DNA of 64,000 nt from Phoronis australis (taxonomy: Eukaryota > Animalia > Phoronida). Position numbers and translations under genes: made by a program. Of the stretch, positions 34,224 through 62,192 are shown piece by piece. The notes beneath the pieces were generated by a model. The model saw only the letters and a list, made by a program, of their open reading frames with translations. It did not search any database and had not been told where the DNA came from. Location: positions 1-64,000 of the forward strand of contig NMRA01000902.1 in the NCBI GenBank assembly GCA_002633005.1, in the 5' to 3' direction. Positions within the stretch are counted from its first letter, which is position 1, and the number at the start of each line of letters is the position of its first letter.

Positions 34224-37200
34224 TTACACATTGCAAGCAGTAGTTGTGGCGTGGTCGCAGACACAAACTTTCGGGTTGTACTGCAAATTCTTGCCGCAAG
34301 AGTGAAGGTAGCCTCTCCCAAGGGCATCTTGTGTGAAGAAACGGCACCCCATGCCGGGGACGACGCAGTATCGGTTGTTGTGCTGTTGACAACATTCTCC
34401 AGCTGGACGAACTGAAAAATATTCAATGGATACAGCTCACGTAACGTGACACATAAGGCGTGCATGAAGAATAATAATTGCTACTTATACATTCAAAAGA
34501 TATTTATTTTTAAGAATTCCCGCCAAGAGCTGTGTCACAACAAGTTAGTTAGTTCTCAGCACGGTCTCGAAAACGAAGAAAACCGAGAAGCAGCTGCCTT
34601 GCCGGAAATGGACAACTGTGGTAAAAATGCAACAAGTACGACAACAAGTCGGTCTCCCCTTGAATTTTCCCCAAAACGAAAAGGATCAAGTAACTATCTT
34701 CAAAAGAAACAAGCTCCGCACTTATTCATTTCAGTATTTTCCCAAGACACCAGTAATTCCGGTTACTAGCTGTGACTGGTTAACTTACAGTTTGGGTTGA
34801 AAATTTTGAAGTCAGCCACTGTGCGGGAGTCCATGTCCATTTGATCGACTTCCAGAAATTGGTCGTAGACCACAGCCAGAACGCTATCTGTTGTACCAAA
34901 CTGAAACGAAAGAAAACAAGACATTTTGTAAGGGATGGGTCGATGTTCCTCTTGGAAACACATTTCTATATCAACTACGGTAAAATACTGAAACCTGGTG
35001 AGTTGCCATGTTGGGAGGTAGGTCCCGTATGGACATCCTTAACTCACAGGTATTGTGACTATTATGTTGGAAATCTTGTTAGCCAACTGAAGACGGGATA
35101 GGAGTTACTGCAACATGATCAACACTGCAATGTGCAAGAAAAATTTGCGAGCTGGACGCGATCATTGACGGGATAGTGGACCCCGCTCAGCGCTTAATCT
35201 GTTTACTATTATATGTTGGAGTTGGACGCACATTCTTTCTTTATATGTAATAATGCCCATAGGCATTTTTGCGTCCGTGCAGTTGTTTCAACACTTCGTA
35301 TAATAGACCTATATACACACCTCAACAAATTTTTGTGTTCACTCGTCCCTGTTTTTATTATTTTTTGTTTGAACAACTGACTGGTAGACAGCAGCAATAG
35401 TCTGACTAATTGACAACAACTCAGCATCGAGTTGACACACCATTCACAGTCACTAGGCCTACAACTGTTAGTAAGAAGCTGTGCTTCAGTTTAGAGATAG
35501 CACTAGGGCTCACACTGAATCATACTGCTACCACATCCTGGGAAACAAAAGCATCAATTTGTCCAAGAGCTCGGGCCTTCTCTGTAGTAGACAAACGTGG
35601 CATACTTGGAGCCAGAACACCAGATTTTCACATTTGAAGAAAGCTGCAAACTGGGCACCCCAAACACAATTTGCATAATTTCGATTCACAGCAGGAGTTC
35701 CATGCTATCATTCAGTGTCTCACAAATTGGGTGTTTACACCTGGCGTTAATCACCACCACATCACAAGTAGTGACACTGCTTGGCAAAAACAGCGAAATT
35801 TGCACTATTCACTTTGAGCCCAAGCCCTCTTTGGCAGCAAAGTTACTGAGCAGATTAAAAAGTTGTTGACAAAATGTGGTATTGTTGGAAAGAACAATGA
35901 GTGTCTGAGCTTTCCATTGGTATGCAACATGATTTGAATAGATAACCCAAAAGTAAAGAAAACACGGACGAGTGAACACAAATTTCCAGGTGTTGAGGTG
36001 TTTGGTTCTAAATGCAAATTTATACAGCCTCACCTCGATGCGTCCATTGGGTCCTGCCCATTTCACGTAGAACCGCAGTAATTTGGAGGATGGACAGTCA
36101 TTTTTATCGAAAAACGTTTTCTTGAACGTGTGGACTTTCGTATTGGGTGATCCAACACGTGTAGTAATGCGGTTGATGTCTGCGTTGTCTCCAAAAGAAA
36201 GTTCAATGACCAGTTTGGGCAGCATTAGACCTGGGTAGAGCTTGCCTATCCGCTCGCCTTTCCAAACTTTACCAAGACGAATTGTATGTCGTTGGCAGCC
36301 TGACATTGCGAATGTCACGTAGTTCACGCTTTTGAACGAATACAAGGTTTGAATGTTACCAGCGCGGCTAGTTACCCGAATCCGGTAACTCCCTTCTGCA
36401 AAGAAATAGGTTCTGTAAGGCGTTTTGTAAAACTAGAGAGCTGACAGTGAAATTGGCGGATAAGTCTGTTGACACTGGAGAGGAATGTCTGTCAAACGAA
36501 GTTGATGACGACAGGAGAAAGTTTGAGGGGACATCTATTCGCACTCCACTCAATGTTTGTCTCTGACGTTAGGAACAGGAAAACTTCGTGTACAACTCGA
36601 TACAAATAAAAGATCCTCCTTTTTTCAAAAAGAGCAACGCCCTATTTTTTGCAAACAAGTAACCTCTTCTGGCAACAGTGTATGACACTACCTATTGATA
36701 TGTTCTCTTACTCCTTGTTGTCAAATCTTTACCTGTGATTTACGTGTAATTTTGCAAATCAAACGGTGAAGAAATCGAAACCAATTTTCGGAAGTCTCAA
36801 ATAAGATCGTTGAGACAACATTCACGAGTCTGTCCATGGACAGCATTCTATTAAATCCGTGAGAGAGAATTTTTCCTATCGATTTTTTGTGTTTCTCAAT
36901 TTGAGTTTGGGATTTTCGTTGATTCTTTGCAACTGTGGACTGGAAAGAATCGTTTGTTTCACTGCTATGGTGCCTGAGACGAAAACAGTTGTTATTATTT
37001 TTCTGGCGAAACAGTACCAGCAGAGCGTTCCGTAGATGACGTTTCTTGCTTTTTTCCCAAAGCCATGGGAGTGAAAGTCGAGTGTGGTTTAGCGAGTATG
37101 CTGGGAGCTTACTAGAATATCCTATCGAAATTGTAAGTAAGGTCGGTGTAATTGTCGGTGAAGTTGGAGTGATGACTGTTTGAAAATGTTTCGCCTCGGT

Positions 37201-37513
37201 GTCTTACGATCTACGCATCGCAGCACAGCGGCTTCCAAAGAGTACCAGAATCGATTAAAAGCCGGTACATGCGCACAGACTATAATACCTCACGAGCTAG
37301 TTTTTGAACTTAGATTCATAGATTGTGACTAGATCTATCAAAGAACCTCAATGCGCGCCACTGGAATATTGAATCCCTTTGAAATACATACAAAGATACT
37401 TAAACATTTTTGCGTCTTTGGTTCTTACCATTCTTTGCTCTGATCTGCTTGGCAAAACATGCACATCCCAGGAACACCGCGAAAATCAACCTGATGCTCA
37501 TACACGCTGTCAT
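34224..37513 (-). CDS. Secreted protein B (~248 aa), tandem paralog of protein A
   Basis: Exons: 37513-37429 (MTACMSIRLIFAVFLGCACFAKQIRAKN), 36395-36034 (EGSYRIRVTSRAG...FAMSGCQRHTIRLG...IELSFGDNADINRITTRVG...FYVKWAGPNGRIE), 34900-34789 and 34411-34224 (FRPAGECCQQHNNRYC...CDHATTTACNV*). All junctions are GT-AG and in frame (747 nt). Confidence 0.82.
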
Positions 37514-40164
37514 CCTGCTGAGGTTTGTCTGCGCGCCCTCGTCGAAACACTACCGACAAATGACAAAATGACAATCCAGTAACCATGTTTTATAGCCACA
37601 TTTCGCTAATGCAATCACAAGCTATCATACGGGTGTCACTGACCACAACAATTTGCAGCTCATATGATGATGAGGACCCATACTCCAAACTTTTGATCAA
37701 GATTGAACTCGAAATACGACAAATTGCGGTTGTTCAATTTTCAAGTTAAGTCATTTATTTAACCAACTCTTATATTTTCCAGTTAAAGACACGTGTTTCT
37801 ACACCACAGATCACATAAGTTATACATCGTGTAGTCGTATCTCAATTATCCTTTGCTCTTTATTTTTCTTGAAGAAACACCCGTCCTCTTTAAAACTGTG
37901 CAAAGAGAGCATGGAATGAACTTCGTTTTGTTTGGAGATAAGTCTAATATAAATGGTCCATGCTTGCAGTTACTTAAAGCATTACATGAATGTGTGCCAA
38001 CAATGACTAATCGATATACTTCCAACATTATAACATCTGTTAACTATCAATGAATAATCACGAGACGTTCTGCAGTTCTTAAAAAGAGCCATAGTTTTGA
38101 AAATATGACATATCATTTCTAATTTTGAGTTAAAACATATTGTTTTTTGTAATTTATTTATCATTCACTTATTTATTTGGTAGCACATGCCTTGAAAGTG
38201 AAAAAAAAGATCAAGACCAAAAATTCATACGAATAGTTAATTTGACAATAGGCCAAGACATTCGGGATATTTTTTGCATCGAATAATGCGTTGAAGGAAA
38301 AGAGATGGTTACACGCTTAGAAGAATAAAAGAACTGAACGTTTTTTATATCCTAGTAAAGTTCATTAATGCTTGCGTGGCACCGTAATGACAAACATAAG
38401 TAAACCTTTTATTGTTTTCCTTAATGCTTGCGTGGCACCGTAATGACAAACATAAGTAAACCTTTTACTGCTTTTCAAGGACAATGAAGGGCAATCTTGT
38501 TTTTATTTTGGCTGGACTACAATTTCTTTTCGGTGTCTTCGGAAATCCACACTACGACGATTGTGTAATCCATCATTTATGGCTTAAAAATAACTTTGCT
38601 CATACGTTTTAAGAAATTAAACACTGGTCTATGCAACACTGGTCTAAGCTATCTAGAGATACTTCAAGTACTATTAGACCACATCAAACTTTGGTAAAAT
38701 GAGTTTCTGCAATATTTATCAATCTTCAAATTGGTTAAGGTTTTACAAAAACTGCTCAATCGGCAAGCGTAGCAGGGAGGGGACACAACAAGGTTTTAAC
38801 TGTCGGGGGAGATACTAGTTACGTAAGAACATAGAACAGGTGTGCGATCCGAGAACCTCGCAATAAAGCAATAACACGCAAGACACCGCGCGATATGTCT
38901 GCGTGTTACAAGCGAAGCACGTGAACGCATTGGCGAGATTCCTGCGTCTGCTTTAACAACGCTACACGTTTTTCGAAAGGTAATTCTGAGTCTGACCTGA
39001 GCGTGTTTTATTCAGTCACAGTTGGAAAGAATATTATTACACGTGAAAAATTGAGAGTTAACGAAATGAAGTACTATTGAAAACAGCGACAGCGCGTGTA
39101 GTGAAACTTATTTTGAAAAGCTCGCGGTTGTAAGCCCGTATTCAATTAACCGAAGTATAACAAACATGCTGACAATGGTACATGCAAAAGCATTAACATA
39201 AAATTAATTGTGGACAGAACATAGTTGACCGCCTGTATTGTTATTGTATATTAGTGATTACCAAAGGTCCGTCAAAAGTTTTAACTGTGATATTAAAATG
39301 AAATGATGTTTTCGTAAACATTGAATCGACTGACAATAAACACATCCACGTGTCGTCGTTCTACAGGTAGGTCGAGTCAAAAAGCCAACCAAATTATTCT
39401 TATGACGCGCCATTATTTTTAGAATAAATAATAGACCCAATTATTTTTTAGTTCGTCTTATTATTTATTTGAAACCGGTGATAGAAGGGATGCCTTTATT
39501 TGTACTCCAAACAAACGAATCCAGTTTTTCATTCTAAAAATAATAGAACTTTAAATTTACGTAAAACATTAAAATAACATCGGCATTAATGATCAAATCC
39601 CAATACAACGAAGGATGTGTGGTTTCCTTTTTAAACTGTGGTTGATCTTACGACATTCTAGATCTGAAAAAACGCAAACATGAAGATCTTTTTATGCGTG
39701 TTTAATAGTTAAACGAAACTGTTCAAGGGTGACGTGAAATTTAATTGTGACCAAAAATATACTTTGAATAAATCATGAGCCTGTAGCCCACGAAGGACTG
39801 GATTTTGCAGGCATTCACGTAAAATATGAAAACATGGACCATCGAAAAACAAAAAACAAAGTTGAGAGATAAATATTTATTTTTTTTCTCGTTTCTAGCA
39901 GTGAACTTTAACAATATTGTGCCCCCCCATAGGCTCGCTTTAACGAACATTATCGGTTTTACGGTAGATAAATACATTTCTGGGATTACCGTTGGATGAG
40001 ATACGTTTTTGAAAGTATTAGCTTTGACTTGAGTTACAAAATAAAAAATTCGTTGTGTTTTGTGATTTTATTACAAATCGCCAAAAATCGTCCCCCAGAC
40101 ATTCGCTGAAATCAAAGTCGGTTGCATTGCTGTATGAATACACATGGAATATTTATACTAACGT

Positions 40165-40238
40165 GCCTGATTTAGCTCAACGACAGAGCATTCGGCAACT
40201 TCTGTAGACATAGCTGATTCGATTCCGCGCTACTGCGC
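40165..40238 (+). mobile_element. Possible degenerate tRNA-derived SINE head
   Basis: A-box-like TAGCTCAACGACAG and B-box-like GATTCGATTCC at tRNA-like spacing. No intact cloverleaf. Confidence 0.3.
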
Positions 40239-43200
40239 ATTTCTGTAAAATTACTTTTCTCGCTGAGAATATTTCTCTACTCTCGAGTGTGTGCCTCGCA
40301 GTGGAATCGGCGTCAATAGGCCGAATAATTTAGTGCAAAATACGTGGAAACGTTATAACATATTTTAATCTGATCTTTTCGTATAAAGCAAGATTCAAAC
40401 TCATCGAATATATTCCAGTAGGAACTAAATTTTCAAAACAATTCACCTTGAACTCCGTCAACTCGTAGTTGCCATCATTGTGGATACAGACTCGGTCAAC
40501 CTTGCACAAAGATTAAAGATTTTGTAACAACACGACGTTGTGAGTATCTGTAATATATTAAAACTATGAAACGAAACCTAGAGTTTATGAAAACATACCG
40601 AATTATAAAGTTTTGTATCCAATTTATCGTTTTAAATTCAATCGTAAAATATATTCCAATACGCGCTGCCCGTATTGAAATTCCGATACAGGAACGGCCC
40701 CTATCGGAATTTATATCTCGATTTGGGCCGGATTCCAATACGGGCTGGAACAAAACCACAAGCACTCTCATCAGATGGTCGCCTCTTTTATGTTTTTTAT
40801 AGTTTCCAGGAAGCTCACATCGTAATGCACTTGCAATAGATACCGTTCGTTTCTAAAGGATCCGAGTCCAATGCCAGAATAATTATTTTCAGGAAAATCG
40901 AGTGTTTAATCAATTTTCTGACGTATTCCATGAACTAAATACGGCATGTATCAGCACGTCACTCTTAGCAATTATTTATACTTATCACCGTTATTTTTTT
41001 AGATTCCAGTGGTTATTCATGGTAAGCGCAAAGCACATTTCGTCAGCGTATTGAATGACGTTAAAGGCAGAAAATGTCAGTTGTTTTGGATCACAGGCAC
41101 TCGAATTTCCCGATGACTCATAACCATACGTAGTGAGTGACGTCAGTCGTGATCGAGGAACAAATAAACTCAAGCGCCTGTGTTTTGGATGACGATCGAG
41201 ATGTGTCAGACAATGCGTGCACGCGCCATTTCGCTGATATGGTTTTGATGTTCTTGTTGGTAACGGAAATAGAATTTTATCACGGTAAGAAATAAATATG
41301 GTGCAGATTTTATGAGAGTAAAAAGACTAATTCATTTTTAGCCAAGTAAACACGCCAAAGCGAAGCTTTAACTGAAATTTGATTTTTGTGTATCACCGAT
41401 CACTACACACGTCATATTGAGTTATTGCATAGTCTAGTAGCTGCCTTGTTGCGTGACAATTTCAAAAGCAGAAACATAAAAAACACGGGCAACAATGATT
41501 CATTAAAAATTATTTATTACAGACTCTATCATGGTAACAAAACTATCGTAGGCACGACCAAATTGACCATTTTTAATGAGCTACTCAGTTACACGATGAC
41601 GACAACACTCTTTGGTTTTTTAGGGCTTACGCATTGATTACAAACTTAAAGTTGAGGCCTAAGTTTAAACTCCAATCGACATCCCTTGGCGGGAACGACT
41701 TTTGAGCAAGGTACACGTGTAATAGATATACAAGAGCAACAGTAGACATACACTAATTCTGCGAACAACAGATTGAGTAACAAGGCATTTATGTTTTAGA
41801 TCATATGTGTTTTATGTTTTGTCAATTGAAAGACAAGTAGTGTTGATTCATACATGTCCAAACAACTTGCTACGAGTAGACAAAAAAGTTGAGTTAAAAC
41901 AACTAATATTACCATTATTTTGGGACATATGTTTCTATTGGAAACTAAAGGTGCTATAAACTTGTGCTCGCCAAAGAAAGTAATTTTAAAGTCAGAGAAT
42001 ATACCCCAGGCTGGTCTAAACTTGTTCCTTACTTAGATGAGAAGTGGTAGACTTGGAATAAACTCATGCAGTTCGTTATTTGTTGGTCGCCACAGCATAA
42101 AACAACCTGAAATGTCAAACCAGCTTGCTGTGTTTAATCTCAACCACTAACGGAGCAAGGAAACGTTTTGACCTATTGCTTATTGGTAGTGGCGTAAATC
42201 GAAATGCATTTTTCGACGGAGAATGAATTTTAACTAGCTTAAATAAAATCTTCCGGGGAAGTAATTCAACAGTTCATGTCAATTCAAATTTCCAAGATTG
42301 CACTTCAGCCAGAATGAATCTCATAGCCTCCATTTTTTTCTTGCTGCGCCAACTCAAACGTTTTCTACTCAGTTTGAAAATTTAACAGCCCAAGGTGCTC
42401 TAACTGTTGCAGTAGTAACAATGAAAGCGGCTAATGGTGAACAAGCAATCTTTCAAACAAACCAGCTGTTGATTTAGTCCACTTAGTGTTCTGAGCTTTG
42501 TCTCAACTTGCTCCTTACTCAGCTGAGAAAAAATTGTGGTCCTGAAAATAAGTGACAGTTCATAGTTGTTCGAGACCACAAACGGCGGATAAAATGACAC
42601 GCCGTGACAAGTCAACTTGTAGAGTCAAGTCATGACACGCCGTGACAAGTCATTTTGTATAGCCAAGTCATGCCACACGCCGTGACAAGTCAACTCCTAG
42701 AGCCAAGTCTCAAGTAATAACGAAATGCCAGATCTTCCCAAGCCCAGAAATCGCACGCATTTTGATTATGAAAGGATTTGAGCCATGACGGTAAGTGGTC
42801 TAAAGAAAAATTTGTTTTTGTGACTGAAGGTGAATTTACAGTCCCTTTAATATGATACCGACAATTTACAGTCCCTTTAATATGATACCGACAAGTTCTG
42901 ATAGCACGTCCATTCACACACATCTTTTGCTTTAAGCCGACATTGTATTTTCGCGGTTTGAATGGTAAACAATGCAAGATAAAGTGACTACAGATTATAG
43001 AATTTCTAACGTACACAAAGTCATTTTCAATAAAAGTGCACCCGAATTCTTTAATGCCATCTCACCTTTTGAGTGAGCATAAACTTACGTCATGGCATAA
43101 TTTTCTATTTTGTTTAAACTCATATGTATTGTTGAGCCCTAGAAAAACATAAAAGGTACAACGCATATTGACTATTTGAACTCGGTTTCTTTTCAAAAAC

Positions 43201-44787
43201 ACTGGTTAGCTTGTTTTAGGTTTCTGTTAAAGGTATACTGAGCGTTGTTTAGGTAACATGACTACTACCTTGGTACATTCCATATCGCGCAATGGTGAGT
43301 TGTGAACGTTTTAAGTCAATTTTGCGAGTCACAAACATCAAAAGTAACACGTGTTATATTCCATAGTTATACTATGGTCGGAATGGCATCATTCTTCTTC
43401 CATCTTACTTTGACGTCAAGCATTTTTGACCCTCCAACAAATCGCTTAATACAATTTTTTAAAATTGCTTTCCTTAATTCAAGTTTTCACGGGTGAAAAG
43501 CTGTAGTAATTGTTGAAGATGAAATTCTTACAAAATGTCAGCTACCAATAGTTACACGTCTATTCAATGCCTTAACAGTTCGTAGCGACAAGCACGCGTG
43601 AATTAATTTGACAGGTATATAGCTACTAACCAAAGAGACTGAATAATCATTGGAAATCTAAGCTGATGAAACTTCGAAGAATGGTTCAGCTTTACGTGCT
43701 TGTACAATCTTCAACTCTCACCAAGTCAATTAGTGTCATTGCCTGAGTCTAAATGAACACAATGTCTGTTAGATAACGTCATCACAAAAACACATTGTCA
43801 ATAACTTAATTTCCACATGGATGGACGGAATGTATGTTCGTATCGTATACAAAAACGATGTATCCAGTGATCGTTAAAGAAGTAAAAACATTAAGGTGAA
43901 TACATGGATATTTGGATCCATGTCATACGCTGGACAACAAAAATATAGAATGCTCCTAACACCACCAAGTGACGACTCGGTTTAACGAGTTTGTCGCCTA
44001 AGACTGTTCAGCTGAAGGAGTTGTGACACAGCAGGTGAGTTCAGACACGTGCATTCAGATCACGAGAGCCAGTCGAAGGATCCGTTTACAACAAACGCTT
44101 GAAAAATCTGGAGTTCAGTCACAAGCGCTACTGCCACATTTCGGATAAATTGGTGTTCGTGTAAACTGGTGTTCTATTACTATACTTAGTATAATATCAT
44201 TGTCATGACTTGTGTTGGATGTCTATTCATTTCCCTTGGATGCCTTTTATAATGTGGACCACAACACATCATCTTAGTTGGATAAACATAAACAAAGCGT
44301 GAACCTGACACTTACGGCACGAGCATTGCGAGTTCTTGTAGCAGTCAAAAGTGTTTCACAAACACGCCCAACTGAGTCGTCACAGGGCGACGCGAATGGC
44401 GTTCCATACACTGATGATAAAGCTTAATACCAAAATTATGTCTCCGCTGTTATTATAAATGCGGTATAAGTCTAATAGTATCAAAATGGGCTACACTCTG
44501 GCAAGGCAAAATTCGTCAGTGTTGGAATGAAGTTATACAGATCCAAATATAGACGATGAACGTGATCATTTATGTAGGTGAAGCACCTTAATACGCATTT
44601 ATAAATCATGAAAGCTCACTAAAATATTTTCCCCACTTTGCAGAGCCACACGGCTCCTGCTACTGGGGAAGGCATATTACAGTGAGTTCAGGAATGTTTT
44701 GATTTATGTTTTGCCCATTAAATCCAACACATAGACAGCATTTACTTGTATAAAGAACAGAAAATCCAGGCAAAGAACTGCCACAGT

Positions 44788-57985
<13,198 letters not shown>

Positions 57986-58332
57986 CTGCAAGAAACAGTT
58001 GTGGTGAGAACGGTTCACTAAACACACATTGCAGAAACCTTTTAATTTTGAAACTTTCGAAAAAATAAGAAAATCAAAAATCAATGTAAAAATCAATTAA
58101 TGAACGAATGCGTTTACGAATAGTATGTGCTTGCGTTAACATTCGTGTTTTAATCTCTAACTTAATGGGGGAACACTAACCTAATTGGACAATTTAATTA
58201 CCAAAATGTCATTAAGATTGACATCAATGTGTTTACTATGATATTAAAATTTTCATTATATAAATCATTATTAGAAATGTTAACATTATTGACACCATTG
58301 CTAAGATAGTCTTATTAAAATGAAATACTTGT

Positions 58333-58387
58333 TGTTATTACTATCATTATTAGTATTATTATTATTATCATTATTAGTATTATTATA

Positions 58388-58424
<37 letters not shown>

Positions 58425-58425
58425 C
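58333..58425. repeat. (ATT/ATC)n microsatellite
   Basis: Directly visible trinucleotide tract. Confidence 0.85.
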
Positions 58426-61400
58426 TCTTATTGCTAATTTTCATAGCTATCAATACCGATATGACTTCAAGCTTTTGGACTATTTCGTCTCACCGTCTCT
58501 AGACTTCAAACGGTGCCTACTCAAACATATACACAACACGTCAATGACTACCTATTGAATAAGCCGCGAGATGTGCACAGAATAACCACACAGACGGCGT
58601 GGAGTCCCAGCTATGCCATGCCGAGAGTGCACGGATTGCCCAGAGAGTTAGTTATGATAACTCTTTGATAGGAGTATGATGGAGCTCTGAACAAACACTT
58701 TCTTTTCGACACTCTGGTGACAGCCTTTAGAAAAGTACATCTGGGAATCAGACAACTGGCCGTAATGATGCAAACAAATCTACATATATTTGCACAGTAC
58801 ACCATTTTTCAAGCCAAAATATGCCTTCCATCATAGACTATGTCTATAATCTATGCTTCCATCAGATAGGTAATCTTTACTTACACTTACAGTTCACTGT
58901 ATTTCAAAAAGTAATAAATATTACCAACTATGAATAGGAATACATAAAACTGTTCTTGTGTTTAGTTGTTTGTAATCGAATTTCCAAATTTTAGCAAACG
59001 AAAGCAAGTCACATCTAGGTTATGTGGAACTTTGCACAAAAGGCCTAACTTTGCAAACTTCGGATCATCATATTTCAGAAATGACTGACCGGATTCAAAA
59101 ATCTTTCAGATACTATTCTTTATGTAAAGGTCTGTGTAGTTACGTATTCAAGGCCGTGGACCTAAGTTACGTCTTCGAATAAAATAATAGTGCTACAAAG
59201 CCATTTCTACAATACTTCCTTTGGGTGGATGATCTGTTGCATAAAGTATAAAAATAAAACGGATGACACCTTGGTCGTTAATAATCGCCAGACTAATGAA
59301 TGTGCTGAGAGTGGGGAGTGGCTCCGTTACTTTTAATGTATAAATCTAATCCCTAGATCATAATATGCGGGGCAGTCAAGTAAAAATGACATTTTTCTTT
59401 GATAAAGCTCTTTGGACAAAAAGGCACAGGCGGCGAGAATTAGCGATGGATTATGCCTGCCAGTTTCACAAGCTAAGTCATGGCTGCACAACAAGATCTC
59501 GTCAAAGATTGTTGGAATTTTCGAGGTAGTCGTAACAACAAGCAGGACTCAGGTATATACTCTACTTCGAATTGACAAAGTATTTTAACTTAGAATCATT
59601 TTCACAGACGCTGTGTCAACCCTACAAACAACAGTGTACAACTGGCTTTGGAAAAATTACTAATAAAGGTAAATTCACAGGTGCAGTAACAGACTAGTTC
59701 AACCAGACTTCATGAAAACCATATTTACATAGGTTCTGTTCCAGCGCACACGCCCAGTTATATCGACATGTTCCATTGCAATCCAAAGTAAACAATGAAT
59801 AACATGCTTTTCGTGTACATCTGCTACAATTCAACTCCATGGTTTTGGACCAATATTAAGAACATTTAAAATAATGTCGCACACTTCAACTCTACAGCTT
59901 GGAGTCGGATAGGCCGCTTTATGAACTGCATAAACTGAGATAAGCTTCAGTATTTCTTAAACGTTTTAAACATAGATAATGCTGATTTGGTACATTTTTA
60001 ACCTTTTTCTATTGTAATAACCACTCTGATATGTGAAAGAGACCACCCCAGTCAAACACTGTCCAAAATAATTAAGCCCTGAGCGGCCATCGATTGCGAA
60101 ACACTATACTTTTTATCTTATTCAAGTTCATATCGAGTCCCCGAGCTCTACAACACTATTTATCATATCAAGCATATAAAAGTAAAGTCACATATTGAAT
60201 TTTCTTAATAAAGATGCTATTCACCGCACCTAAGAACTTCAATAAATTCATTTAAATACACGATGAATAAAAAGACTAACCATGCAACCCCGTTTTGTCA
60301 ATGAAGCCGGGGTATTCATGCAAGTTCTTAATTTAGTATACGTACTCTTAATTATTTTCATGACGTTACCACGGATACTAACTTGTGTAAATCGCGAGAA
60401 AATTTCATCAAAAGCCTTTTGAAATCTATAAAGGCACAATAAAAATCGGCCAAGTCGTTTACTTATATATCTTGAGGGCAATGCATATCAACCAAGTAAC
60501 TAGTCCTGGGTGCAGTAACCTTTCCTAAGCTCGGTCAATGGCGTTTCAGCCCAGTTACTGCGCCGGGTTTTCTAAATCTTAGTTATTAGTTTCCCTAGGT
60601 TCGATAAAAGTGATAACCCTATACCGTTGTTTTCATCATCTTGAGAACCCTGCACCACACAATGTTGGTGAACAGTTATTCTAGATAAAAGTGCTGTTTA
60701 AAATAACTTTAGAATTGGAGTAGTGAACACTCTCGTCAGCTTCGAGTGCTTTTTCATTCAGAAGAGTTTGTATTAGCTCGTCAGTTTCTTTAGCTGTAAA
60801 ACAGTCAGTTCAAGCGGGATATTTTTGTCACATCCATAACATGTATTTCATTTCTGTGAGTTTCTAAACCACTCTCAATTAATGACTGTATATCATTACT
60901 TAAACCGACTCTCTGATTCAATATGAAGTAATCAAACCACTTTTCAGGAGATGTCAAAGTTGAAATACTATTTTTCCCGTATTATTTTTCATAAATTTCC
61001 AAAACATTTTGAAGTTATAGCTATTCTAATAATTTCTTCTATCACAACGGCTTCAAACCTCTGTCTTTATCTTTAAAAGTGTTACAAAATATTTTTTAAC
61101 TTTCGTGTTATAAATTATCGAGTTTCTGGTAACGACTTTTTAAGAATCACATTCAACAATGTTTTTTATTTTGTTAATATCTCGTTATCTTACCAGACCC
61201 TTATTTGACAACTGTGTTATTAAGAGTATTAAAGTTTCTCAAGACATAAAATTTATAGTTTCAGCAAATTCATCTGAAGACTCAAAGGGGTATCTCAGCT
61301 TAAGTTTGCGAGATCTTTTGGATGATTTATTTATACTTCACAATTACTTGGGTAATTAAAAAATATTTTGAAAAGTCAAAGAGAAAAAAGTCTCGATTTT

Positions 61401-62049
61401 CTTGAGATGACTGTGGCTGTGAATCAACATACAATCATCTAGGTCACCTCAAAGTTTTCATACTTGGTTTCCAAAGGTTGTTCAAAACCCATAACCTCGA
61501 ACAGCTCTCCACAGGCATTGCTAGACGGCAAACTATTTCAGAAATGAGAATGCAAATATACTTGACTTGAACTTCAAACAATTGTCATTAGCTAGAAACT
61601 GTTTAGACCTCTCTTCAGATTCGCAACATCACTGTAAACTTGTAATAAAGCCCTTATGTCAACATGGCGCATCGTTTAAACTTCTGTCACTGTCTCCGTT
61701 AAACAAAAAAATGATCTATTCTTAAAGTGAATTTTAAAAGAAAACTAAAATCCGTTTTGACGATTTTATCATAGTTTTTACCGCCTGTTATTAGGCCCGC
61801 ACAATAATACGTCGTCGCATGAGAGTTAACTGAATGTCTGTCACAGGTGCTCATACGACCGACGAGAACAGCGCGAGTTCAAACGAGTATCTTCAATATT
61901 GTAATAGACAGTCGTATCGTATTTAGTTTTACTTATTTGTCTTTTCCTGTACAACAAAACAGTCTGAAAAAAAACTGTAACAACTGACGCACTACCTTGT
62001 TGTCAGTTTCATCAAAAGCGACTGATGACGTCATGAATTTGATCTTACG

Positions 62050-62192
62050 CCCCCAGTTCCCAGTTCCCAGTACCCAGTACCAAGTACCCAGTGCCCAGTA
62101 CCCAGTTCCCAGTACCCAGTACCCAGTTCCCAGTACCTAGTACCCAGTACCCAGTGCCCAGTTCCCAACTCCCAGTTCTCAGCTCCCAGTTA
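62050..62192. repeat. 7-bp tandem repeat (cccagt[a/t/g])n
   Basis: About 20 units. Explains spurious ORF 62045-62263. Confidence 0.92.

Noticed and set aside
40165-40238. Functional tRNA gene
   Set aside because: The acceptor and anticodon stems do not pair. Kept only as a low-confidence SINE remnant.
43244-43257. RFX X-box-like GTTGTTTAGGTAAC downstream of RFX6 (possible autoregulation)
   Set aside because: A degenerate match expected by chance in 64 kb, and not near a promoter.
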